Source of the DNA: Myxococcota bacterium
GTDB taxonomy: Bacteria; Myxococcota_A; Polyangia; Polyangiales; Sandaracinaceae
Length of the DNA: 62,848 nucleotides
Reading direction: 5' to 3'
Assembly: GCA_036149055.1 (NCBI GenBank)
Contig: JAYZQJ010000198.1
Span: forward strand, 1 to 62,848
Shown here piece by piece: positions 29,717 through 39,807 of the stretch. The notes under the pieces are model-generated. The model saw nothing but the letters and a program-made list of their open reading frames with translations, was not told the origin of the DNA and did no database searches. Positions within the stretch are counted from its first letter, which is position 1. Each line of letters starts with the position of its first letter. The translations under genes and the position numbers were made by a program.

Positions 29717-32700
29717 GGCGCGAGACTAGCTCGTTCGTCCGCGCGGAGGCCGAGGACCTCGTCCAGCCGGCGGCCGGCCGCGGTCTCGGCGTCGCGCAGC
29801 AGCGCCTCGGGATCGCCGCGCCAGCCCTCGGTGTCGAGGGGCAGCACGTAGACGCGGCCCTCGCTGGCGAAGAGCATGCGGCCGTCGGGGGTCCAGCCGG
29901 CGCCGGTGGTGCGCGCGCCGAGGTCGAGGCGCAGCTCGAGCGTGCCGTCCGGTCGGTGCACCCGCACGCCCTCGTCGGTGGTGACGAGCAGCCACCGGCC
30001 GTCGGCCGACCAGGCCAGCGAGAGCACGCGCTCCCCGGGCGCCGCGCGCCACTGCCGAATCCGCTCGCCGCTCGCCGGATCCCAGCCGCGTACCCAGCCG
30101 TCGAGGTCGCCGGTGGTCAGCTCGCCCCCGTCGGGGCGCCAGTCGGCGTCGTAGATGCGAGAGCTCGAGGCGTCCCATCGCCGCGCCACCGTCCGTCCGG
30201 CCACGTCGATGAGCGCGACCCCGCCGTCGAAGCTCGCCGCCGCGAGCCGCTCGCCCGCGGGGTCGTAGCCGACCCACCACGCGCGCTCGCCGAACACGCC
30301 CGGGACGACCTCGCGCTCGCCGCTCCCGGGGTCGTGGAGGATGACGCTGCCGTCTCCCACGCCGATCGCCACGCGGCCGTCGCGTCCCCGGGCGAGCTCG
30401 TCGCCGAAGTGCGGCAGCGGCGCCGCGTCCGTGGAGTCGCCCGCGCCGATGTGGTGCGCGCGCAGGGAGAGATCCATGCCCGAGGTGAGGAGGCGATCGT
30501 CGTCGAGGAAGAGCAGCCCGCGGATCGGCGCCTCGTGGGCCGGCAGGTCGCGCAGCGCGCGCCCGGTCTCGAGCTCCCAGACGTGCACCGCGCCGTCGTC
30601 CCCCGCGCTCGCGAGCCGGGTCCCGTCGGGCGAGAGCTGGATGGCGTCGATCTCGCCGCCGGTCGGCGTCGGCAGCGCGAGCCCCGCCGGCGCGTCCTGG
30701 ATCGCCCAGCTCACCACCCGGCGATCCTCCCCGCCGCTGTAGAGCCGCCGGCCCGCCCGGTCGAACGCGAGCGCGACCACGACCGAGCGGTGCCCCGACA
30801 GGCGCGTGACCGGCTGCAGCGTGGCGGCGTCGATCAGGGTGATCTCCTCGCCGCCGATCGCGAGCCAGCGGCCGTCGGGAGAGCGCGCGAGCGCCTCGCA
30901 GGCGCCCCCGAGACGCGCCTCCGCGCGGAGCGCGCCCGTGATCGCGTCCGAGCGCCGGAGCACGCCCTGCTCGTCCATCGACAGCACGTCGGCGCCGTCG
31001 AGGATCGCGCAGCGCACGAACGGCCCGCGGTGCGCGATCCGGCGGCGCACCTCCCGGGTCTCCAGGTCGATCACGATCGCCTCGGGGCCGCTCGTCGACG
31101 CCACCGCCAGCGGCGCGTCGGGCGCGCAGCGCAGCCGCCACGGGAGGGCGTTGGTCAGCGGGATCTCCGTCTGCAGCGCGCCCTCGGGGGCGAAGACCGC
31201 CAGCCGCCCCTCGAGCCCGGCCGCGAGGAGGCTCCCGTCGTGCGCGAAGCACAGGCCGTAGACGCGGTCGGAGGGGTGATCGAGGGTCCGGAGCGGCGCG
31301 CCGTCGGGGAACGACCAGAGGCGCACCGTGCCGTCGTAGCCGCTGGTGGCGAGCGTCGCGCCCTCCCGGTCGATCGCCGCCTGGAAGACCGTGCCCTCGT
31401 GCCCCTCGAGGGTGCGGTGCACCGAGCCGTCGCGCGCGTCCCAGATGATGACGCGCCGGTCCGCGCCGGTGGTCACCAGCCACCGCCCGTCGTCGCTCGC
31501 GACCACGTCGTAGACCCAGTCCTCGTGGCCCTCGAGCGCGCGCTCGTGGGTGGCGAAGCGCAGGGAGCGCGCGGCGGACCAGATCGCGGCCGGGCCGGCG
31601 AGCCGGGCCGCGCGCGTCGCCTCCGGGAGCTCGGGCGCGAGGCCCGCGTGCGGGCTCTCGGGGTTGGCGGGCTCCTCGACCAGGGCCCCGGCGGCGAGCA
31701 CCTCGGCCGCCAGCCCGTCGCCGAGCTGGAGATGTCGCACCGCCTCCTGGCCCTGCACGCGGGCGAGGCGCTCGTGGGCGGCGCGCTGCTGGGAGAGGGC
31801 GCGCCGCTCGGCGGCCACCGCGCGGGCCCGCTCGCGCTCCGACGCCTGCTGGGCGCGGACGATGCCGATCACGAAGACCGTCGCGGAGACGAAGAGGAGG
31901 GCGAGCGCGGCGCTGAGGGCCCGGTTCCGCCGCACGAAGCGGCGGAGCAGATCCCAGGACGAGTAGCGGTAGGCCTCGACGAGCCGCCCGGTGGTGAACG
32001 CCTCGAGGTCGCGCGCCAGCTCGCCCGCGTCCGCGTATCGATCCGCCGGATCCCGGGCCATCGCCTTCTCGACGATGCCGATCAGATCGCGCGGCGCGGA
32101 CGGGGCGCGCGCGGCGAGCGGAGGCGGAGGCTCGGTGAGCACCCGGACGAGGACCGACTGGGCGTCGTCGCCGTCGTAGGGTGGCTCGCCGGTCAGGGTG
32201 TGATGGAGCAGGGCGCCGAGGGCGTAGACGTCGGCCCGCGCGTCGACCTCGCGCCCCATCGCCTGCTCGGGCGGCATGTACGCCGGCGTGCCGACGACCG
32301 CGCCGTCCACGGTGAGCTTCCGGTCCGAGCCGGTGGTCTCGGCCGCCGACCCCTCCCGCGTCGGCGCGTCGTCGGGCTCGTCGATGCGCCGCGCGATCCC
32401 CCAGTCGATCACGATCGTCTCGCCGAACTCGCCGAGCAGCACGTTGGCCGGCTTGAGGTCGCGGTGGATGACGCCTTGCCGGTGCGCGTAGGCCATCGCC
32501 TCCACCGCGGGGAGGATCCGGGGCACCAGCGCGAGCCGCGCGTCGGGGTCGAGGGCCTCGTCGACGACGTCGTCGAGCGGACGGCCGCCGACCAGCTTCA
32601 TCGCGTAGAAGGGCCGGCCGTCGGGCCACCGCCCCACCTCGTAGACCGGCACGATGCTCGGGTGCTGGAGCTGCGCGGTCACCCGCGCCTCGCGCTCGAA

Positions 32701-32931
32701 GCGGAGCCGCAGCTTCTCCGAGCTCCCGAGCAGCTCCTTGAGCGCCACCTCGCGCTGCGCCCGTCGATCCCGGGCCCGCCGCACCACGCCCATCCCGCCG
32801 CGCGCGACCTCGCCGTGCAGGGTGTAGTGGCCGGGGTCGACCGGGATCAGCTCCCCGGGATCGTAGGGGCCGGCCTCGTCGGGCTCGGAGACGAGCGTGT
32901 CGGCGGTCGCGTCATCGGGCTCTCGCGCCAC
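29713..32931 (-). CDS. Hanks-type Ser/Thr kinase with TM helix and WD40 repeats
   Basis: ARGGMGVV, VALKE, HRDLKPAN, IDWG, GTPAYMPPEQ; GH..W/D WD40 repeats. Confidence 0.93.
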   Translation of the reverse strand: MAREPDDATADTLVSEPDEAGPYDPGELIPVDPGHYTLHGEVARGGMGVVRRARDRRAQREVALKELLGSSEKLRLRFEREARVTAQLQHPSIVPVYEVGRWPDGRPFYAMKLVGGRPLDDVVDEALDPDARLALVPRILPAVEAMAYAHRQGVIHRDLKPANVLLGEFGETIVIDWGIARRIDEPDDAPTREGSAAETTGSDRKLTVDGAVVGTPAYMPPEQAMGREVDARADVYALGALLHHTLTGEPPYDGDDAQSVLVRVLTEPPPPLAARAPSAPRDLIGIVEKAMARDPADRYADAGELARDLEAFTTGRLVEAYRYSSWDLLRRFVRRNRALSAALALLFVSATVFVIGIVRAQQASERERARAVAAERRALSQQRAAHERLARVQGQEAVRHLQLGDGLAAEVLAAGALVEEPANPESPHAGLAPELPEATRAARLAGPAAIWSAARSLRFATHERALEGHEDWVYDVVASDDGRWLVTTGADRRVIIWDARDGSVHRTLEGHEGTVFQAAIDREGATLATSGYDGTVRLWSFPDGAPLRTLDHPSDRVYGLCFAHDGSLLAAGLEGRLAVFAPEGALQTEIPLTNALPWRLRCAPDAPLAVASTSGPEAIVIDLETREVRRRIAHRGPFVRCAILDGADVLSMDEQGVLRRSDAITGALRAEARLGGACEALARSPDGRWLAIGGEEITLIDAATLQPVTRLSGHRSVVVALAFDRAGRRLYSGGEDRRVVSWAIQDAPAGLALPTPTGGEIDAIQLSPDGTRLASAGDDGAVHVWELETGRALRDLPAHEAPIRGLLFLDDDRLLTSGMDLSLRAHHIGAGDSTDAAPLPHFGDELARGRDGRVAIGVGDGSVILHDPGSGEREVVPGVFGERAWWVGYDPAGERLAAASFDGGVALIDVAGRTVARRWDASSSRIYDADWRPDGGELTTGDLDGWVRGWDPASGERIRQWRAAPGERVLSLAWSADGRWLLVTTDEGVRVHRPDGTLELRLDLGARTTGAGWTPDGRMLFASEGRVYVLPLDTEGWRGDPEALLRDAETAAGRRLDEVLGLRADERASLAP

Positions 32932-32952
32932 GCGACATGATACCCCGGCCGT

Positions 32953-34194
32953 TCAGGCGAGCAGCGCCCGGGTCCAGGCGACGCGGCGCTGGAGCCACGC
33001 CTCGCTCGTGTTCTGGCGGGCGACGGCCACCGCCGCGCGCATGCGCTCGGCGAGCTCCTCGCGGTGGTCGGCGTAGTGCACCAGGCGATCGGTGAGCGCC
33101 TCGGTCGAGGGCCACGGCACCGTCTCGACCACCTTCGTCGACGCCTCGAGGTCGCGGTAGTAGTCGGTGCCGTAGGCGAGCACGGGCACGCCGCTCGCCA
33201 TCGCGTCCCAGGTGCTGCGCGGGGTGTCGTTGCTCAGCGGCGCGGCCAGCATCAGGTGCCGCGGCCGGACCTCGGCGAAGAGGCGGTCGCCGTACGGGAC
33301 CGCGCCGCAGAAGCGCACGCCGTCCTCGAGCCCCCGCGCCTTGTCGCGCAGGCGCGCCTCCTCGTCTCCGCTGCCGATCACGGTGAGCCGCACGTCCCGG
33401 CCCTTGGCGCGCGCCGCGGCCACCGCCTCGATGCAGCGGTCGACGCCCTTGTAGGCGACGAGGCGCCCGAAGTAGACGGTGTCGAGCGGGCGCGCGCGAT
33501 CCCGGAGGGCCGCGATCTTGGCGTCGAGCTGCGCCGGCGCGATGAGGTGCTGGGCTTGGAAGGCGACGTCCTGGAAGAGGCGCACGTTGCGCCGGCCCTC
33601 GCCGTAGTCGGTGCGCTGGGCCTCGCTCTTGAAGAGCACGAGCGAGCACCGGCGCGCGATCCAGCGGTGCTCGAGGTCGCGGATCGGATCGTAGAGGAAG
33701 CGGCAGAGCAGGTAGCTCTTGAGCGACCAGCGCCCGAGCCGGCGGTTCATCTCGGCGTCGCTCCGGAGATCGATGTCGGTGACGCTGATGGTCGGACGGC
33801 CCGCCTTCACCGCGAGCGCGAGCGAGGCGATCTCGATCGGGCGCCGGAGGTCGTGGCTCGGGCCCGCGTGCACCAGGTCGTGGCTCTGCACCAGCGCCTC
33901 CAGGTGACGCTGGATCGCGGGCCAGGCGCGCACGAAGCCCGGCGTGCTGAGGTCGCCGTCGTGCAGGACCTCGACCCGGATGCCGTCCCGCTCGGGGTCG
34001 AGCTCGCCCAGGTGTGCCCGCGCCGCCTCGTAGTCCGCCGCCGGCATCCCGACCGCGGCCACGGTCATCCGATCGAAGGTGGGACCGAGCCGCTCGAGCA
34101 GCTCCCGCAGGTGCGCGCAGAACGCGCTCTCCATCGCCGCGCGGCCGCCCCCGAGCGCGTAGGCGCGCACCGGGACCACCATCAGATATCGCAT
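32953..34194 (-). CDS. Glycosyltransferase family 4 (GT-B)
   Basis: YFGRLVAYKGVD, VIGSG, DAMASGVPVL. Confidence 0.85.
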   Translation of the reverse strand: MRYLMVVPVRAYALGGGRAAMESAFCAHLRELLERLGPTFDRMTVAAVGMPAADYEAARAHLGELDPERDGIRVEVLHDGDLSTPGFVRAWPAIQRHLEALVQSHDLVHAGPSHDLRRPIEIASLALAVKAGRPTISVTDIDLRSDAEMNRRLGRWSLKSYLLCRFLYDPIRDLEHRWIARRCSLVLFKSEAQRTDYGEGRRNVRLFQDVAFQAQHLIAPAQLDAKIAALRDRARPLDTVYFGRLVAYKGVDRCIEAVAAARAKGRDVRLTVIGSGDEEARLRDKARGLEDGVRFCGAVPYGDRLFAEVRPRHLMLAAPLSNDTPRSTWDAMASGVPVLAYGTDYYRDLEASTKVVETVPWPSTEALTDRLVHYADHREELAERMRAAVAVARQNTSEAWLQRRVAWTRALLA

Positions 34195-34280
34195 GCATCC
34201 TCCTTTGCGCCTCGCGGCGCATCGACCTCGGGAGGGGAATGCTCGTCAAGTAGACCCGCCCCTGGAGGGCGCCAAGCGGG

Positions 34281-34835
34281 TCAGATCGCCGCGCTTCGGG
34301 CGTGCTCGATGGCCAGGCGGCGGGTCTCGGCGTCGACGTCGAGCGCCCGGGCGAAGATCTCGAGCAGGGCGTCCGGGTCGCTCATCGGCGCCCGCCGGAA
34401 GGTGACCTCGCGGGTGCCGAAGCCCGAGCCGCGCAGGGCGAGGATGGCCACGAAGCGGAAGGCGTCGTCTCGCCACGCGCGGTCGAGGTCGGAGGCCACC
34501 AGGCGGACCGTGTTCTCGAGCGACGCGAGGTCGGACACCCGCTTCGCGCACGCCCGCAGCGCCGCCACCGCCTCGTCGGGATCGCCGGTGAAGCGCGGGT
34601 GTCGCTCGAAGAGGTGTCGGAGGTTGGCGGCCTCCCCCTCGGTGACCTCGCCGTCCGCGAGCACCGCGAAGGTGATGATCTCCGAGAGCGCCTCGCGCTT
34701 GTCCTGGAGCTCGCTGGTCTCCTCGACCGAGGGGTGGAACAGGGTGCCGATCGACGCGCCGACGCTCGCGCCCCAGCTCACGGCGGCGGCCACCCCGACG
34801 CCGCCGAGCAACACCGTGAGGGTCAGCGGATCCAC
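34281..34835 (-). CDS. TerB-family protein with N-terminal membrane anchor
   Basis: AVLADGEVTEGE motif. Confidence 0.75.
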   Translation of the reverse strand: MDPLTLTVLLGGVGVAAAVSWGASVGASIGTLFHPSVEETSELQDKREALSEIITFAVLADGEVTEGEAANLRHLFERHPRFTGDPDEAVAALRACAKRVSDLASLENTVRLVASDLDRAWRDDAFRFVAILALRGSGFGTREVTFRRAPMSDPDALLEIFARALDVDAETRRLAIEHARSAAI

Positions 34836-34875
34836 GCCGACACTCTACCCGAAGCGATGCGTGTAGAGTCGGTCC

Positions 34876-36222
34876 GTGTCGGAGGACGTCGTGTCGAAGA
34901 CCTGGGACGCGGTGGTGGTGGGCGCCGGCCTCAGCGGGCTCACCGCGGCGCGGCGCCTGAGCGAGGCGGGGCGCGACGTGCTCGTGCTCGAGGGCCGCGA
35001 TCGGGTCGGCGGGCGCACCCTGTCGCGGCGGCTGGGCAGCGACGTGATCGACCTCGGTGGGCAGTGGATCGGCCCGACCCAGCGGCGGGTGGCGCGGCTC
35101 GCGGACGAGCTCGGCGTGCGGACGTTCCCGCAGCCGTGCGAGGGCGACAAGGTGCTCGACCTCGGCGGGCGGCGCCGGACCTACGGCGGCGACGTTCCGT
35201 CGATCGGGCTGCTCGGGCTGGCCGAGACGCAGCTCGCGCTCTGGCGGCTCGAGCGGCTGGCGAGGCGGGTCCCGGTCCACGCGCCGTGGAGGACGCCGGG
35301 CGCCGAGGCGCTCGACGGACAGACCCTCGAGGACTGGATGCGCCGGCACCTGCGCACGGCGGGCGGCCGCGGCCTGCTCGCGATCGCGACCCGCGCCATC
35401 TTCGCGGTCGAGCCCTCGGAGCTGTCGTTCCTGCACTTCCTCTTCTACCTGCGCTCGGGCGGCGGGCTGATGCGGCTCGCGCAGGTGCGAGGGGGCGCGC
35501 AGGAGCGCCGCTTCGTGGGCGGCGCGCAGCAGCTCTCCGAGCGGCTCGCCGAGCGCGTCGAGGTCCGCCTCGGGCACACCCTGCGCGCCGTCACCCAGGC
35601 GGAAGACGGCGTGCGATTACACTGCGACGCCGGGGACGTGGTGGCGCGCCGCGTGATCCTGGCGATCCCGCCCGCGCTCGCCGACCGCGTCGACTTCGCC
35701 CAGCCGCTCCCGGCGATGCGAGACCAGCTGCTCCAGCGCGTGCCGATGGGCTCGGTGATCAAGTGCGTCGCCGTGTACGACCGGCCGTTCTGGCGCGAGC
35801 GCGGGCTCAGCGGCGAGGCGGTCTCCGATCGCGGCCCCGTGCGCCTCGCGTTCGACGACTCCGCCCACGACGGCTCGCAGCACGCGCTGGTCGGCTTCCT
35901 GCTCGGCGAGACCGCGCGCGCCTGGACCGGCCGCGACCCCGAGGCGCGCAGGCGCGCGGTGCTCGAGAGCCTCGCCGCGCTCTTCGGCCCCGAGGCCCGC
36001 GCGCCGACGGAGTACGCGGACCAGGACTGGATCGCCGAAGAGCTGAGCGCCGGCTGCTACGTGGGCGTGATGCCGCCCGGCGTCATGACCACGGTGGGCC
36101 ACGCGCTCCGGGAGCCGTGCGGGCGCCTGCACTGGGCCGGCACCGAGACGGCGACCACCTGGAACGGCTACCTCGACGGCGCGATCGAGGCGGGCGAGCG
36201 CGCCGCCGAAGAAGTGCTCTAG
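34876..36222 (+). CDS. Flavin monoamine oxidase family protein
   Basis: VVVGAGLSGL, LEGRDRVGGR, DLGGQWIG, WAGTETA..GYLDGAIEAGERAA. Confidence 0.92.
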   Translation: MSEDVVSKTWDAVVVGAGLSGLTAARRLSEAGRDVLVLEGRDRVGGRTLSRRLGSDVIDLGGQWIGPTQRRVARLADELGVRTFPQPCEGDKVLDLGGRRRTYGGDVPSIGLLGLAETQLALWRLERLARRVPVHAPWRTPGAEALDGQTLEDWMRRHLRTAGGRGLLAIATRAIFAVEPSELSFLHFLFYLRSGGGLMRLAQVRGGAQERRFVGGAQQLSERLAERVEVRLGHTLRAVTQAEDGVRLHCDAGDVVARRVILAIPPALADRVDFAQPLPAMRDQLLQRVPMGSVIKCVAVYDRPFWRERGLSGEAVSDRGPVRLAFDDSAHDGSQHALVGFLLGETARAWTGRDPEARRRAVLESLAALFGPEARAPTEYADQDWIAEELSAGCYVGVMPPGVMTTVGHALREPCGRLHWAGTETATTWNGYLDGAIEAGERAAEEVL

Positions 36223-36728
36223 ACTTCTCTGATCTCGATCTCGCGAATGTCCGGGGCGTGCAGGCCGGCGGACTGCGCGATCCAGCGGCTGAGATCCAGG
36301 GTGGTCACGATGCCCACCACCCGGGTCTGGCCGTCGACGATCGGGAGGCGGTGCACGCCCTCGTAGGCCATCAGCGCGGCGGCCTCGGCGATGGTGCTGT
36401 CTTCGGTGAGCGCGAACACCACCGGCATCATCACGTCGGCGGCGGTGAGCGGGCGGCGGTCGCGGGACTCGCCGAGCTCGCGCCAGGCGCAGAGCAGATC
36501 GGTCTTGCTCACGATCCCGAGCAGGTGCCCCTCGGCGTCGACCACCGGCGCGCCGCCGATGCCCTCCTCGACGAGAGACTCGAGCAGCTGCTCGGCCGGG
36601 AGCGCGACGTCGCTGACCGCGATCTGGGTCTGCATGATCTCCCGGATGGGGATCTGGGTCGGATCCTGGGTGCGGTTTCGACGCGGGTCGCGGGGCCCCT
36701 CGCCGGCGATGGTCGTGGGTGTCGGCAT
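36219..36728 (-). CDS. Tandem CBS-domain protein
   Basis: GAPVVD..GIVSKTDL; HRLPIVD..GIVTTLDL. Confidence 0.85.
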   Translation of the reverse strand: MPTPTTIAGEGPRDPRRNRTQDPTQIPIREIMQTQIAVSDVALPAEQLLESLVEEGIGGAPVVDAEGHLLGIVSKTDLLCAWRELGESRDRRPLTAADVMMPVVFALTEDSTIAEAAALMAYEGVHRLPIVDGQTRVVGIVTTLDLSRWIAQSAGLHAPDIREIEIREV

Positions 36729-36822
36729 GCCCCGCGGTCGTGCAATCCCGGCGCCGTCACGCCCCGCGGGGACGGGGAGGCCGCGCCTCGCGCAATTCTG
36801 GCGTCCGGGCCCGCGCGCGCGC

Positions 36823-38823
36823 TCACAACGCGCCGAGCGGGCCGGTGGCCTCCAGGTGATCGCCGACGATCGAGAGCGAGGGCATGGCGATGCCGACGCG
36901 GGTGCCGGTGGCGATGCCGGTCGAGGTGCTCATCCCGCCGACCGTCACGTCGGTGGGCGGCGCGAGGCTGACGAGGGGGAGGGCGGGGCTCGACTCGTTG
37001 AGGCTCAGCGAGATGACGTGGTGGCCGAGCGTGGCCGCGAAGCCGGTGACCGTCGCGCGATCGGCGGCCGACATGCCGCCCGGCATCGCCACCTGGAGCT
37101 CGGTCAGGCGATCGATCTGCCACGTCGGGTCGGCGCTCGAGCCGTCGCTCAGCGAGGCCTCCGCGGTCATCGACACCTGCACGGGGACTCCGTCGCCGTA
37201 GGGCGGCCCGCCGGACACCGTCATGGTCACCCCGCCGAGCATCACCGTGAGCGTGCCGTCGCTCAGGTCGCCGATCAGCGGGAGCGCCGACTCGAGCTGG
37301 ATCATGTCCGGGGCGACGATCATGTCGGGGGCCACGATCATGTCCGGAGCGACGATCATGTCGGGGGCCACGATCATGTCCGGGGCGACGATGCCGCTCG
37401 TGCCGCCGGCCGACCAGTGCACGTGCAGGAACTGGTTGAGGACCGCCTCGCTCATCACCACCGCGCCGGGCGCGTCGCCGCTGAAGGTGCCGGTGAGGTC
37501 CGCGCTCGAGAGCGCCACGCCTCGCTCGAGCGGACCGGGGCCGCCGGATCCGACCGGGAAGTAGCGCGTCCCCGCCGTCACCGTCGTGTGCATGAAGTCG
37601 CCCGCCGTCGCGCCGACCCGGCTCTCGACCCCGATCACCACCGGCGTGCCCGAGACGCCCGGCACGCTCTCCATCTCCGGCGCGGTCGAGGTCGCCTCGG
37701 TGAACGACGCGTTGGCCACCGCGAGCACGAAGGCCTCGAGCTCGGGCGTCTGGTGGGACGCGAGGTCCCCCGGGGTCGCCGGGCCCGGCGGCGGCAAGAA
37801 CGAGTTCGCGATCCGGAAGTAGTCGGCGACGGTGTCCTCGATCGCCACGCGGTCGAACGTCGCCATCGGCATGTCGGCGGTCACCGTGCCCGAGTCCGCC
37901 GCGATCGGGCCGGCGAAGAGCTCGTAGGCGCCGCTCATCATCGAGTCGGGGCCCAGGTAGAAGCTCTGGGTAATCCCGGTCAGGGTGACGCTCCCCGTCT
38001 CGTCGAAGAGGACCTCGCCGCTGACGGTCCCGGCGGCGCGGATCGGGATCGTGATCGTGGCCATCACCTCGATCTGGATCTCCATGCCCGTCCAGCTGAC
38101 GGTGTGGCTCTCGGCGGACACCGCGGCCGGGCCGATGAGCTCGAGCTGCTCCACGTAGTCGAAGCAGGAGCCGCCGCAGTAGGCCATGTCGACCGGCTGC
38201 AGCCCGGCCGGGAAGGAGAACCGCATCAGCGGCCCGCCGCCGAACGCGTTGGTCAGCGCCACGTCGAGCGCGTCGCGGAGGTTGGTCACTCCGCCGCCCA
38301 TCGGCGCGCCCTCACCCGCGAGCGCGGCCTGCTCGAAGCGCCCGGCGACCGTGCCCTCGAGCACCGCGTCGGCCGGCTGGTAGCGCGCGGCGGCGACGAA
38401 GGCACAGAGCGCCTCCTGGGTTCCGCCGGCGCCGACCGCCTCGACCCGGACGGTGTTGATGCCGAAGCGCGCGGTGACGCTCGTGGTGACGCGGTCGGCG
38501 TCGTCCAGCGTGACCTCGGCGTCGTCGACCCGCACCACGCTGGCCCCGGTGACCTCGATCGTCACCTCCACCGTGGCCCCCTCGACCGCGTCGATCGCGT
38601 CGCCGAGCTCCGGCGAGACGCAGGTGATGGAGGGCGCGGGCGGGCCGGCGTCGATCGGTCCGGCGTCGTCCATGCGCCCCGCGTCGCCCGGCCCTGCGTC
38701 GTCCATCGGCCCTGCGTCGTCCATCGGCCCCGCGTCGCCCGGTCCGGCGTCCGGATCGCCTCCGCCGTCGCAGCCGGCGAGCAGGAGGAGCAGGATCGCG
38801 AGGGGCCGGACGACGTGCTGCAT
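36823..38823 (-). CDS. Hypothetical lipoprotein with DAGPM linker and an internal (IVAPDM)5 repeat
   Basis: Lipobox LAGC; strong codon bias; TAGGAT 6 nt before ATG. Confidence 0.8.
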   Translation of the reverse strand: MQHVVRPLAILLLLLAGCDGGGDPDAGPGDAGPMDDAGPMDDAGPGDAGRMDDAGPIDAGPPAPSITCVSPELGDAIDAVEGATVEVTIEVTGASVVRVDDAEVTLDDADRVTTSVTARFGINTVRVEAVGAGGTQEALCAFVAAARYQPADAVLEGTVAGRFEQAALAGEGAPMGGGVTNLRDALDVALTNAFGGGPLMRFSFPAGLQPVDMAYCGGSCFDYVEQLELIGPAAVSAESHTVSWTGMEIQIEVMATITIPIRAAGTVSGEVLFDETGSVTLTGITQSFYLGPDSMMSGAYELFAGPIAADSGTVTADMPMATFDRVAIEDTVADYFRIANSFLPPPGPATPGDLASHQTPELEAFVLAVANASFTEATSTAPEMESVPGVSGTPVVIGVESRVGATAGDFMHTTVTAGTRYFPVGSGGPGPLERGVALSSADLTGTFSGDAPGAVVMSEAVLNQFLHVHWSAGGTSGIVAPDMIVAPDMIVAPDMIVAPDMIVAPDMIQLESALPLIGDLSDGTLTVMLGGVTMTVSGGPPYGDGVPVQVSMTAEASLSDGSSADPTWQIDRLTELQVAMPGGMSAADRATVTGFAATLGHHVISLSLNESSPALPLVSLAPPTDVTVGGMSTSTGIATGTRVGIAMPSLSIVGDHLEATGPLGAL
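37300..37392. repeat. 5 x 18-bp coding tandem repeat (IVAPDM)
   Basis: Units at 37300, 37318, 37336, 37354 and 37372. Confidence 0.92.
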
Positions 38824-38898
38824 GCGCGCATCCTAGCACCCGGAGACTTCACCGATTGGCCCTGGCGCCTCCCGCGCGCGAGCCCCATACCCCGCGCC

Positions 38899-39795
38899 GT
38901 GAGCGAGACCGACACCGGCTCCACGCGGAGCGGCGCCCTGATGGCGCTCGTCGCCTATGGCCTCTGGGGGCTGCTGCCGATCTACTGGAAGCTGCTCTCC
39001 GAGGTGCCGGCGATCGAGGTGCTCACCCATCGCATCGTCTGGTCGCTGGGCTTCATCGCCGCGCTCCTGTTCGCGCGGAGCGGGTGGCGCCGGACGCTCG
39101 GCTTCCTCCGCGACCGCGAGACCCGCCGGGTCATGTTCCTGTCGACGGCGCTCATCGCCACGAACTGGTTCATCTTCATCTGGGCGGTCAGCGCCGACCG
39201 GGTCACCGAGGCGAGCCTCGGCTACTACATCAACCCGCTGCTCAACGTGGCGCTCGCGCGGGTGTTCCTCGGCGAGCGGCTCCGGCCTCTGCAGGGCGTG
39301 GCGGTCGCGCTCGCGGCGCTCGGCGTGGCCTGGCTCACGTTCAGCCGCGGCGCGCTGCCCTGGGTCTCCGTCGTGCTCGCGGTCACCTTCGCGCTCTACG
39401 GGCTGGTGCGGAAGCGGGCCCCGGTGGGCGCGGTCGAGGGCCTCGCGATCGAGACCGGCCTCGTGACCCCGCTGGCCATCGGCTACCTGCTCACCCTGAC
39501 CCCGGCCTTCGGCCACCTCGTCACCTCGGACGCGCTCACCGTCTCGCTGCTCGTCGGGGCGGGCGTGATCACCGCGGTGCCGCTCCTCGCCTTCGCCGGC
39601 GCGGCCCGCCGCCTCCGGTACTCGACCCTGGGCATGATCCAGTACGTCGCGCCCACCCTGCAGCTCGGGTGCGCGGTGCTGCTCTACGGCGAGGCGTTCA
39701 CCGCCGACCACGCGGTGACCTTCGGGCTCATCTGGGTCGCGGTGCTCGTCTACGTGGTCGACATGGTGCGGGTGCGCGCCCCGCAGCCCGCCTGA
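38899..39795 (+). CDS. rarD: EamA-family transporter RarD
   Basis: AYGLWGLLPIYWK, HRIVWS, EASLGYYINPL, LGMIQYVAPTLQ. Confidence 0.92.
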   Translation: MSETDTGSTRSGALMALVAYGLWGLLPIYWKLLSEVPAIEVLTHRIVWSLGFIAALLFARSGWRRTLGFLRDRETRRVMFLSTALIATNWFIFIWAVSADRVTEASLGYYINPLLNVALARVFLGERLRPLQGVAVALAALGVAWLTFSRGALPWVSVVLAVTFALYGLVRKRAPVGAVEGLAIETGLVTPLAIGYLLTLTPAFGHLVTSDALTVSLLVGAGVITAVPLLAFAGAARRLRYSTLGMIQYVAPTLQLGCAVLLYGEAFTADHAVTFGLIWVAVLVYVVDMVRVRAPQPA

Positions 39796-39807
39796 CCTGG
39801 GTCACGG

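Noticed and set aside
34281..34835. Tellurite-resistance or defence island
   Set aside because: A lone TerB-domain gene with no other ter or defence genes nearby
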